Shown here in pieces: positions 11,401 to 21,100 of a stretch of DNA of 64,000 nucleotides. Both the position numbers and the translations under genes were made by a program. This DNA comes from a virus. The stretch's first letter is position 1, and the number at the start of each line of letters is the position of its first letter. The notes below the pieces were generated by a model, which searched no databases, was not told where the DNA came from, and worked only from the letters and a program-made list of their open reading frames with translations. The DNA lies in IMG/VR virus record IMGVR_UViG_3300044611_001420. One strand, written 5' to 3'.

Positions 11401-12940
11401 CACTCAAGGTATTCAAGGACTTCAAGGAACACAAGGTACTCAGGGACTTCAGGGAACTCAAGGTACTCAGGGACTTCAGGGAACTCAAGGTACTCAAGGT
11501 ACTCAAGGTCTTCAGGGAACTCAAGGTACTCAAGGTACTCAAGGTCTTCAGGGACTTCAAGGACTTCAAGGAAGACAAGGTACTCAAGGTCTCCAGGGAC
11601 TTCAAGGAACTCAAGGTACTCAAGGTACTCAAGGTACTCAAGGAACTCAGGGTACTCAGGGTACTCAGGGTACTCAGGGTACTCAAGGTCTTCAGGGTAC
11701 TCAGGGTACTCAGGGTACTCAAGGTCTTCAGGGTACTCAAGGTCTTCAGGGACTTCAAGGAACTCAAGGTACTCAAGGAACTCAGGGCATTCAAGGTACT
11801 CAAGGTACTCAAGGTACTCAAGGTACTCAGGGTACTCAAGGAACTCAAGGAACTCAGGGTACTCAAGGAACTCAGGGTACTCAGGGTCTCCAGGGACTTC
11901 AAGGTACTCAGGGAACTCAAGGTACTCAGGGAACTCAAGGAACTCAAGGCACTCAAGGAACTCAGGGTACTCAAGGAACTCAGGGTACTCAGGGTCTCCA
12001 GGGACTTCAAGGTACTCAGGGAACTCAAGGTACTCAGGGAACTCAAGGAACTCAAGGCACTCAAGGTCTTCAGGGAACTCAGGGAACTCAAGGTACTCAG
12101 GGAACTCAAGGAACTCAAGGCACTCAAGGTCTTCAGGGAACTCAAGGCACTCAAGGTCTTCAGGGAACTCAAGGAACTCAAGGTACTCAGGGAACTCAAG
12201 GAATTACTGGACCAGTAGCAGGTTCTTCAAATCAAATTGTCTATAAAGATTCCTCTAATACAGTAACTGGGTCAAGTAGTTTAACATATACTGGTCCAGT
12301 TTCTGGAATTGGAACATTAGGAATTGGAACAGTTATTACTATCAAGCACAATGATACTTTAAATTTTGGAACTTTAACCTTTGAAGGTTCTGCAGGTCAA
12401 TTATTTACAATTACAAATAATCTTACCAGTGGTTCTATATTCTCTGTATCCGATTCTTCTGGTATTCCAAGTATTGATGTAAATGCAGATGATACCGTTC
12501 TATTAGCACCTTATAATGGCAATGTTGGTATAGGAACCACAAATCCAACCTCAAAACTTTTTGTGGGTGGTGAAATAAGAGCGACAGGAAATGTTATTGC
12601 TTACTATTCATCAGATATTAAACTAAAAAACAATATTGAAAATATAAAAAATCCAATCAAAAAACTGATGCAAATAAATGGAGTTGAATTTGATTGGACC
12701 GATGAATATATTCAAAATAAAGGAGGAGTTGATGGTTATTTCATAAAAAAACATGATATTGGTGTCATTGCTCAAGAAATAGAAAAAGTTCTTCCTGAAG
12801 CAGTGGCAACAAGAAATGATGGTGAAAAAGCAGTTAAGTACGAATTGATTGTTCCATTGTTGATTGAAGCAATTAAAGAACAACAAATTCAAATAAATAT
12901 TCTTAAAGAAAAACTAACTTTAATTATTGGAGAAGACTAA
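8480..12940 (+). CDS. Long tail fibre with shaft repeats, two collagen tracts and C-terminal peptidase S74 intramolecular chaperone
   Basis: YYSSDIKLKNNIENI...GVEFDW...DIGVIAQEIEKVLPEAV...VKYE.IVPLLIEAIKEQ is the S74 signature. Confidence 0.9.
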   Translation: MADKGFGLNQLNFTGIAGTSLIESGDTLQVNAPLFSVSTDFSVGGKVNSNIILSSSYSIGIGSTQPKEKLDVLGNINVSGSVTATSFVGSGTDLIGVAKNTISAIDENNYYYPILTPSSANAGTYSTVVVPSSKLVFNPSGLLGIGSTTPNYNLDVVGTGRFTGNLIASSFVGNLTGTATTASGLTATSNINTTGIITASSFTGNLTGTATTASNVSSTINVNTTGIITASSFTGNLTGTATTASNVSSTINVNTTGIVTASSFTGNLTGTATTATTALGVSTTISINTTGIITASSFTGNLTGTATTATTANNVNSSININTTGIITASSFVGNLTGTATTASGLTATSSVNTTGIVTASSFVGNLIGTATTAVGLGTTSSINTTGIITASSFVGNLTGTATTATTALGVSTTISINTTGIITASVLRVGTSVTESIGITTNIISGGNLLLINPATVGVSTGTVRILGNLIVEGTTSTTQELVLTSSDKLIAVASTIGNDIDLNGAGIGIGSTSVRKFIRWHYASNTLKSSENWNLESGKTYQINDTSVLTSTTLGSGVTISSIRSVSSGIITDRTELTSGQVSGSDYLLIYDVSDPTNLKKATIQNAALQGLQGTQGTQGLQGLQGTQGTQGTQGTQGTQGTQGLQGTQGTQGLQGTQGTQGTQGTQGLQGLQGTQGTQGAQGLQGLQGTQGTQGTQGSQGLQGTQGTQGTQGLQGTQGTQGTQGLQGTQGTQGTQGTQGLQGTQGTQGTQGTQGLQGTQGTQGTQGTQGLQGTSGTSGTSGSSNWTAVLVNVTRDSSDPTKFTKTGGSDSTWDSSVYSEQGFVLGAYISSRISSTSGSAIVGLGTNPSASSNQNFDYGMYLDNGDIKSIENGSVTGLGTTYEISDYLSVTYDGANIRYYKNSSLLRTVARSTGNALYLDSSIFTSNLAFEDLVFGPMGPQGTQGLQGLQGTQGTQGTQGTQGTQGTQGTQGTQGIQGLQGTQGTQGLQGTQGTQGLQGTQGTQGTQGLQGTQGTQGTQGLQGLQGLQGRQGTQGLQGLQGTQGTQGTQGTQGTQGTQGTQGTQGTQGLQGTQGTQGTQGLQGTQGLQGLQGTQGTQGTQGIQGTQGTQGTQGTQGTQGTQGTQGTQGTQGTQGLQGLQGTQGTQGTQGTQGTQGTQGTQGTQGTQGTQGLQGLQGTQGTQGTQGTQGTQGTQGLQGTQGTQGTQGTQGTQGTQGLQGTQGTQGLQGTQGTQGTQGTQGITGPVAGSSNQIVYKDSSNTVTGSSSLTYTGPVSGIGTLGIGTVITIKHNDTLNFGTLTFEGSAGQLFTITNNLTSGSIFSVSDSSGIPSIDVNADDTVLLAPYNGNVGIGTTNPTSKLFVGGEIRATGNVIAYYSSDIKLKNNIENIKNPIKKLMQINGVEFDWTDEYIQNKGGVDGYFIKKHDIGVIAQEIEKVLPEAVATRNDGEKAVKYELIVPLLIEAIKEQQIQINILKEKLTLIIGED
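8980..9760 (+). repeat. 81-90 nt tandem shaft repeats (same unit as 7561..8000)
   Basis: About nine to ten NTTGIITASSF(V/T)GNLTGTATTA units. Confidence 0.9.
10316..10837 (+). repeat. GTQ/GLQ collagen-like tract
   Basis: 9-nt periodic repeat. Confidence 0.95.
11291..12217 (+). repeat. GTQ/GLQ collagen-like tract
   Basis: 9-nt periodic repeat. Confidence 0.95.
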
Positions 12941-13267
12941 ATGAGTAATATAGAATATTCTTGGAAAATAAATTCTTTAAATAAAAAGAATACAGAATTG
13001 CATAATGATGTAATTTATAATGTAGTCTGGACAATAAGTGGATTGGATTTAGAAACCAATATTGCAACCTCATTGACTTCTAATTTGCAACTTGAAATTC
13101 CAATTGAATCTGAAGTATTTGTTCCTTACTCAAATTTATCAGAAAATATAATTATTGAATGGATTCTGAGTAAAATTGATATTGAAAAAGTTGAAGAAAA
13201 TATTCAAAAACAAATTGAATATAATAAATCATTAGTTGTTGAATCTCAATTTCCCTGGAACTCATAG
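12941..13267 (+). CDS. Small acidic fibre-associated protein (possible assembly factor)
   Basis: YSWKI..L...DVIYNV.W...FVPYSNL.E..IIEWI...PW pattern; directly follows the S74 fibre. Confidence 0.6.
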   Translation: MSNIEYSWKINSLNKKNTELHNDVIYNVVWTISGLDLETNIATSLTSNLQLEIPIESEVFVPYSNLSENIIIEWILSKIDIEKVEENIQKQIEYNKSLVVESQFPWNS

Positions 13268-13278
13268 ATTTAACAAAT

Positions 13279-13791
13279 ATGGTTCTTCCCCTCTCTGGTC
13301 AAATTAGTTTGTTATCTCTCCAAGATGAATTTGGAGGGTCAAATCCAATTGGAATTGATGAGTATTATTCAAGTGGTGGTGCTCCTGGTTCTGGTCAAAT
13401 TGGAATTAATACTTTTTATGGTCGGTTTGCAAATTGGACCACTTATATGATGGGTAATGGTAATTTATTTGATGTGTATTCAGGAAACATTGTAGTTCCT
13501 GGTTCATCCCGTAGTCCAACAGTTTTTACTATTAATTTTAACAGACCTACAATAGATTTCACGGGGACTTTAAGTATCTATGTAAATGAAGTTTTGAATT
13601 CTACTTACACCAATGGTGCGGTTGGAAATATAAACGTAGCGAACCCAAGTATAAGTTTTGGGAGTTCCAATATAAGATTTTCTTCTATAATAGTAGATGC
13701 AAGTAATGAAACCGCTCCTTCACTATCAGAGTGGAAAGTGTCTGTTGGTAGCACTTTAGTGTATTATCAGTCTTATGATAATACTACATAA
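13279..13791 (+). CDS. Putative distal fibre adhesin/tip protein
   Basis: LP.SGQISL..LQ.EFGGSNPI.I.EYY...P.SGQI....FYG N-terminal motif, typical of small genes after S74 fibres. Confidence 0.55.
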   Translation: MVLPLSGQISLLSLQDEFGGSNPIGIDEYYSSGGAPGSGQIGINTFYGRFANWTTYMMGNGNLFDVYSGNIVVPGSSRSPTVFTINFNRPTIDFTGTLSIYVNEVLNSTYTNGAVGNINVANPSISFGSSNIRFSSIIVDASNETAPSLSEWKVSVGSTLVYYQSYDNTT

Positions 13792-14503
13792 TAATTTGAA
13801 CATACATTATCAAAAAAAAGTTTTAGATTCAATAAATCAAATATCAGAAGAATATAGTTATTTTTTATCTACTGATGAGCACCCAAAGATGTCTCTTATT
13901 GGAGATGTTTCCTCTGATTTAAAATATATTTTTCCAAGTCCATTCAGTAAAGAAGAATTATATGAAAATTTGTTTAAGCAGTTTGAAATACAATATTCGT
14001 TGATAGATAAACCAAAAGACCCATATCTGAAATTTAACTTCAAAAAAGAAAAAAAATTAACTTTTACTACTGGTTATGGAATTATAGTTTCAAATAGTAA
14101 TCTATTAGTTTTAGATGTTGATAATCAATATCAACTTGAAGAGCTGAAATCAATATGCTCAAATATTATAACCGATTGTAAATTCAAAAGAATAAACACC
14201 GATAATCAGAATAGACTTCATTTATATTATAAAAAACCTAAAGATTTTAATCCTTCTGAAAAAATTAGAAGAATTAACTTGAAAAAGACAAATTTGTGGG
14301 TGTGTGGAATGAATTGTACTAAAGATTTGATATTTGGATTAGACACTGCACATTTTTTTCGCAATCCACATTTTAACTATGAGTTAGTTGGACATATGGA
14401 CGATATAACTGAGTGTCCATCGGAAATTATTCATAGAATTATTGAAAGTGAAAAACGATACGATTATTTTCACAGCAATAGTAGGGGCAAAATTACCACT
14501 TGA
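13775..14503 (+). CDS. Putative Prim-Pol (AEP-family) domain protein
   Basis: K.P...GYGII....LLVLDVD...RLHLYY resembles bifunctional primase/polymerase motifs I (DxD) and II (H). Confidence 0.5.
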   Translation: MIILHNNLNIHYQKKVLDSINQISEEYSYFLSTDEHPKMSLIGDVSSDLKYIFPSPFSKEELYENLFKQFEIQYSLIDKPKDPYLKFNFKKEKKLTFTTGYGIIVSNSNLLVLDVDNQYQLEELKSICSNIITDCKFKRINTDNQNRLHLYYKKPKDFNPSEKIRRINLKKTNLWVCGMNCTKDLIFGLDTAHFFRNPHFNYELVGHMDDITECPSEIIHRIIESEKRYDYFHSNSRGKITT

Positions 14504-14528
14504 CAACCAAAAGTTTTTGTGCTATGAT
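14500..14528 (+). promoter_or_regulatory. Sigma70-type early promoter
   Basis: TTGACA (14500-14505), 17 nt, TGc-TATGAT (14523-14528). Confidence 0.85.
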
Positions 14529-14553
14529 AGTAGAGACCTAATATTACTACAAA

Positions 14554-14727
14554 ATGCAAATTAGTCGTGAAACTCTTCGTGAACTTCAAGGAATGCAGGA
14601 GGACGTTGCATCTCATTTCACTGAAGAGTTTTTTCCCATTAGTGGTGAAACATATTGGACTTGCGTTCAATGTCTTGCGGAAGCAAAATTGGCAGAACTT
14701 CGTGGTGAATTGACATATTCAAATTGA
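14554..14727 (+). CDS. 57-aa hypothetical protein (MQISRETLRELQGMQEDVA...), absent from ORF track
   Basis: ATG 14554 to TGA 14727, directly below a consensus promoter. Confidence 0.7.
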   Translation: MQISRETLRELQGMQEDVASHFTEEFFPISGETYWTCVQCLAEAKLAELRGELTYSN

Positions 14728-14757
14728 ACTCTAAATAAAGAAAATTAGGTTCGTTCT

Positions 14758-15030
14758 ATGAAATACCACATAGACACTACGTATTGTTGGTATAATTGTG
14801 GAACAGAAATTGTTCTTATGTATTTTATAAATGGTATTCCGTTTACATTTGATGAGTTGCCCCACAGTGGTCTTTACACAACAGAAATTGTAGAACACGC
14901 AAACAATGAATTATCCTATGAACCTGAGGACTTATACCAATCTTCTTATTACTTAATGCTTGAGGAATGCCATCCACTTATGTTTGAATTAGAGTTAGAG
15001 AACCCAGAGATGCTTCCATGTGATGACTAA
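14758..15030 (+). CDS. Acidic 90-aa hypothetical protein
   Basis: YCWY...VLMYFINGIPFTFDE; preceded by TCTAAATA (14730-14737). Confidence 0.7.
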   Translation: MKYHIDTTYCWYNCGTEIVLMYFINGIPFTFDELPHSGLYTTEIVEHANNELSYEPEDLYQSSYYLMLEECHPLMFELELENPEMLPCDD

Positions 15031-15140
15031 AACCAAAATTGACCTTTGATTACAAAAATGGTCAAAAAAAATTTCCCCAAATTTTTTTATCGTAAGGTTT
15101 TTGACTAAATACAACTATAAAAGATTATAGTGCTAATAAA

Positions 15141-18100
15141 ATGCCTCTGTCAAGATTAGAGAATTTTTTAAAGAATGCTGAAGGAAATATTCTTTATGTA
15201 AATCCATCAGATTTTGATGCTACAGATAGTTACGAAAATCAAGGCAATTCTTTAACTCGTCCATTTAAGACAATTCAAAGAGCATTAATAGAAGCTGCAA
15301 GATTTTCATATCAAAGTGGCAAAAACAACGATAGAATTGACAGAACGACTATATTAGTCTATCCGGGAACTCATTACATTGATAATAGACCTGGTTTTTC
15401 AATCGCAAAGCAAGGTTCCAATGCGATTTATAAAAAAAGAACAGGTACATCAACTTGGACTGAAGTTAATTTACCAGAACTAAATGAAAATTCAAATTAT
15501 AATATTTTAGATACAAATAACGATTTATATAAATTTAACTCAGTTCTTGGTGGTGCAATTCTACCTCGTGGAACTTCAATTATTGGATATGATTTAAGAA
15601 AAACAAAGATTCGTCCTCTTTATGTACCAAATCCTGAGGATTCTTCTGTTGATAACACAAGCATTTTTAATGTAACTGGTACTTGCTACTTCAGTACCTT
15701 CACATTCTTAGATGCAGACCAAACAAAGACGGTATTTAGTGATTATACAGACAATCGTTTTGTTCCTAATTTTTCACACCATAAAGTAGTTTCGTTCGCT
15801 TATGCAGATGGTGTGAATAAAGTTGCTCTTGGTACGGAGCAGACTGATTTAACTGACCTTGATATGTATTATTACAAGGTCGCAAAAGCATATGGTGATA
15901 TTACAGGACGAGGAGTTCTTGATTATCCAACTCTTGATGATTTTGAACCATCTAAAGATGAATTTAGAATTGTTGGTGAATTGCAGGCAAATCCACTTGG
16001 CATTTCAAGTATCAGTGGTGGAGATGGAGTTACACAAGCAACTAATGTAATTAAAGTTACAACTAAAAATCTTCAAACTGGAGAGGAACTTCCTCACGGT
16101 CTTTTTGTGGATAGTCCTGTTTTAATTTCTGGAATTACCACAGATGCTTCTGCATTTAACGGTTCATTTACAGTTAGAGAAGTCGTTGGAGTCTCTACTT
16201 TTACTTATACTTCAACGTCTTCCCCATCAAATCCGAACCCCGATGTTGCAGATTATGAAACTGGAATCGTAACAATTGAATCAGATAGTGTAAGTTCTGC
16301 GTCTCCTTATGTTTTCAACTGTTCAATTCGTTCTGCATATGGATTGTGCGGAATGTGGGCAGATGGCAACAAGGCAGATGGTTTCAAGAGTATGGTTGTT
16401 GCCCAATTTACTGGAGTTTCTCTTCAAAAAGATGATAATGCATTTATTGTTTATAATAAAACAACAGGAAAATATGAAGGTAATGATGTTCTAGCACTAA
16501 CAAGTAGTGAAAGACCATTACACACTAATAGTAACGCAATTTATAAACCAGATTATGAAGGTTTTCACATTCGTGTATCAAATAATGGTTTTGTTCAATG
16601 TGTTTCTATTTTCGCAATTGGATTTGCAAAACACTTTATAACTGAATCTGGTGGTGATATGAGTATCACCAACTCCAATTCAAACTTTGGTGCCATTTCA
16701 CTTGAATCTGTTGGTTATAGAAACGAATCATTTGATAGAGATGACGTTGGTTATATTACTCATATTATACCACCAAAAGAAGTAGATGAACTAGAAAGTA
16801 ATATTAACTGGATTTCTTTTGATGTTCCAAAAACTATTTCTGTAGGATTGACAGAAAGATTATATCTTTATAATTACAAAAACAAAGAAGTTTCACCATC
16901 AAAAGACGTAGATGGATTTAAAATTGGTGCAAAAACAAACGATACTTTAAATCTTAATATAGTAATTGGAACTGCACAAACAGTTTATAGTTCTCCAATA
17001 TTAATGCCAGTTGTTTCTGGTGTAGGAGTTACTGCAAGAAAGTCATACACCGTATCAAGATCTGGAAATTTAAATCAAATTTCAAACAATGTTTTAACTT
17101 TGAATGCAAATCACCAATTAATTAATGGTGAAAGTGTTAGAATTTTCTCAGATACTGGTGAAGTTCCAAATGGATTAACTGCAGGAGTTGTTGCTTATGC
17201 AATCACAACAGGTTTAGCAGTAAATCAGGTTAAACTTGCATATTCATTGAATGATGCAATTGCAGAAAATGAGATTGAGGGAATTAATGATAGAGGTGGT
17301 GTTCTTACCATTGTAAGTTCTGTAACTGACAAAAAACCTGGAGATATTGGAAGTCCAATCCAATATGATGATGTAAATGGACAATGGTATATTTTAAGTA
17401 GCAATTCATCAGATAATCAGATATTTCCAGCAATTGTTGGTTTTGGAACAACTTCTTTGGGAAATGAAACATCTTCAACTTTCGTAAAACGTAAATTGGA
17501 CAATCGTTCAATACAAGATAGAATTTATAGACTAAGATACGTAGTTCCCAAAGAATATACTAATGCCAGACCACCACAAGCTGGATTTGTATTGCAAGAA
17601 TCCAAGACTGTTAATATTAGTCCGATTTCCTTTGATTATACCCAATCCATTACTGAGCAAACACCACCAGCATATTTAAGAAACGAAAAAATAATTAAAA
17701 ATGCTACTGTTGGTGCTGTTTCTGGTGGAAAACAAACAGTAACTATCACTACCGAAAAACCTCATAAGTTTTTTACTGGAGACAAAGTTAAAGTCCAAAG
17801 AATCAAAAGTGAAAATAATCCTACTGCAGTTGGAATCACTTCAACTTATAATGGTTCTTACGTTATTGCTTCAGTTCCAAGTTCCAAAACATTTACATAT
17901 GAAATTTCTGGAGTGAAAATCAATCCAGGAACATTTACTAATCAAGTTGATGAACGTGATACCAATCAAGAAAGAAGTCAAATTCCTTTGGTATCCAGAG
18001 AAGAATATGAAAATGATTTTTATATCTATAGAGTAGATACAATTAAATCTCATATTCCAGGACTAAATGGTCAAGATGGAATTTATCATTTGATTGTTTT

Positions 18101-21100
18101 ATCATCTAATGTTTCTCCATCTTCTGATATTGGATATAATCTTTCTTCTAAGTCGTTTAATCAAGATGTTAGAAATTTATATCCACAAATTGATCGTGAT
18201 AATTTCAATTCCGATCCATCTGAATCAGTTACTTATGCTGATGCATCTGTAATTGGAAAGGTTGTAACTGATGATAAAAGAAAATCAGTCACAAGAGAAA
18301 CCATAAACACGTTTTTAAAGAATTCAAATGTTGGATTTGGAATCACTGGAGTAGTTGTAAGTGGAACTGGAAATACTACGGTTACTATTCATACAAATGT
18401 TGAACATAACTTCAATTCAATCAAATCAATATCAGTAAAAAATCCTACTGGTGCAGGAACATCAGGAGCAGGATATGGAAATACCACAATTTATTCGTCT
18501 AATTTAATTGGAGGTACTGGTCAGGGTGCTTCTCTTTACGTTCCTGTTATTGGTTCTACTGGTACAATTAATACAAGTTCAATTAAAATAGTTGATGTTG
18601 GTTCAGTTTATTCTGTTGGAGATGTACTTGATATTTCTGGTCCATCTGGAATCACTCCAACAATTTATGCAAAAGCAGAAGTATTAGAAATCAACAATAA
18701 TATTGGAGATGCCCTTGAAATACGTGGTTTTAATACGACAAATTTAGATGGAGTTTATAGAATTACAAACGTTCCATCATCAAAATCTATTGAAATTTAT
18801 GTTCCAAGTGGTGTTCCATCATATCAATCAAATACAAATGGAAGAATCCCTGTAGCAGTTTTATCGGCCGAAGGAATTGGAATCAATTCGTTTAGATTTG
18901 ACAGCACTGTTACAGGAATAGTTACAGTCACAACGAATAATTCTCACGGATTACTTAGAGGAAATAAATTTACAATTGTTGGTAGTGGTCATACCATATA
19001 CGATAAAACATTTGTTGTAAAAGAAAATGTTGGATTGAATACCTTCACTTTTAATGTTGGAGTTGTAACACAAACTAAATCCTCAACGACTGGAACATTA
19101 CTTAAGCACTCTATAAGTTCAAACGAACTTGTACTCTCAAGAGGTGAAGATACTCTTGGTTCTAGAGCATCTTATTTTTATGCTGGTATTACAACAACAC
19201 TTTCGTCAACAATTCTTGTAGATAGCACATCAATTACTCTGACAAGTTCCAAAGGTTTTGATCGTGGTGATTATGTAGTCATTAATAATGAAATTATTCG
19301 TCTTGCTAACTCAACAACTTCAAATACATTTAATGCTCTTCGTGGTAGATTTAGCACTTTCAAAACCACTGCTGAAGCAGGAACACAAGTCAAAAAGATA
19401 AATGTAATGCCAATGGAGGTTCGCAGACCTTCATTTATGAGAGCATCTGGTCATACCTTTGAATATCTTGGTTATGGTCCAGGCAACTATTCAACTGGTA
19501 TGCCACAAAAGCAGACTAGAATTTTAACAGAAGATGACGTTCTTGTATCTCAAGCAAGAAAGCAAAAAGGTGGTGTAGTTGTTTATACTGGAATGAATGA
19601 TGTTGGTGAATTTTATTCTGGTGCAAAGAAACTAAGTTCATCCACTGGTGAAGAAAAAATTGTTGAGGCACCAATCCTCAGTTATACTGGAGATGATGCA
19701 GAAGGAACTAATACCAATAAGTTAGATGTAACATTTGATAATATTCTAGCAAGGGGAAGAATTACTGTTGAGGGTGGTGATGGAGCAAAAGAGACAAGTC
19801 AATTCTATGGACCAGTAAGTTTCAATAAAAAAGTAGTAAGCACTTCTGATGAAGGTGTTAATGTTAAAAATCTTTATGTAAAAGGTGACACAACAACTTA
19901 TAAATTAGTTACAGTAGGAATATCAACCCCAACTGATGCAAATTTAGTAAATCGTGGTAATATTTCCCTAAAATCCCTTCCAAACGAAGGTTACATTGGA
20001 CAAGTTTATGTCGATGGAGAGTGGAAGAAATTTGGTCCAATCAGTCAATCTAAAGATATTTTAGATTTTAAAGTTGATAAAATTGGAATTGGTAATTCCA
20101 ATGATTTTGCAAATACTTCAGATCCTGGAGTTAATGATGTTGCATTTTACGTTGGTGGAAAATCAAAATTTAAGGACGTAGTATTTTCTGGTCAAGTTGA
20201 AATTGAATCTGGAATTACCTTAAATAATGTCAATTTTAATAATATTAATATCAGAAAAACTGCATTTTTTAGTGGAGCAGGTGCTGGTGGCACAAGTTAT
20301 GCCATTTATGTTTATAATCCAGGAGACCTTGTTGATAGTCAAACTGTACCAAGACTTAGAAGTAGATTTTATGATTTAGAAGTTGCTGGGGTTTCTACAT
20401 TTAGTGGTCTTGTAGGAATCGGAACAACAATTTTTACGGGAACTTCCAATCAATTGTTACAGATCAATAGTGGTGCTTATATAAGTGGGTCTGTAGGTAT
20501 AGGAACCACAAATCCAACAGATAAATTGTCTATAATTGGTGATGTTGGAATTCAAACTAGTTTGAATTTATATTCCTCAAATCAAGTCAAAAAAGGAACA
20601 ATACAAGCAGTAGAGACAACTGAAAAATATCAATCCGGTTTAGTAATTAACGTTCCTAATGGTAATGAAATTGCATTTTCTGATGGTGATTCAAGAAATG
20701 TTGTTATAACTGGTGATGGAAATCTTGGAATTGGAACTACAACTCTATCATCAAAATTACAAGTTCACGGAACAATTGGAATATCTTCTATTGGAGACAG
20801 TGAAGATCTTGTGCCTGGTGGAAGAACACAATTTAGTTCAAGTAGCACCTCTGGATTTGTCTTAAATCACAATCACAGCACCGATATAGTTTTCCAAAAT
20901 CAAGGAATTGAAAGATTTAGAGTTGGTAGTGGAATAACAGCAACTTATACAAGTCTTAGTGCTGGATCTGACTTGACTGGAAGTCATTTCAAACTTAAAA
21001 ATGATGGACCTGGAGACGTTGTTCTTTCTTGGTTCTCAAATGATTCAGGTAATCGTAGATGGTATGCTGGTATTGATGTAAGTGATTCTTATTCTTGGAA

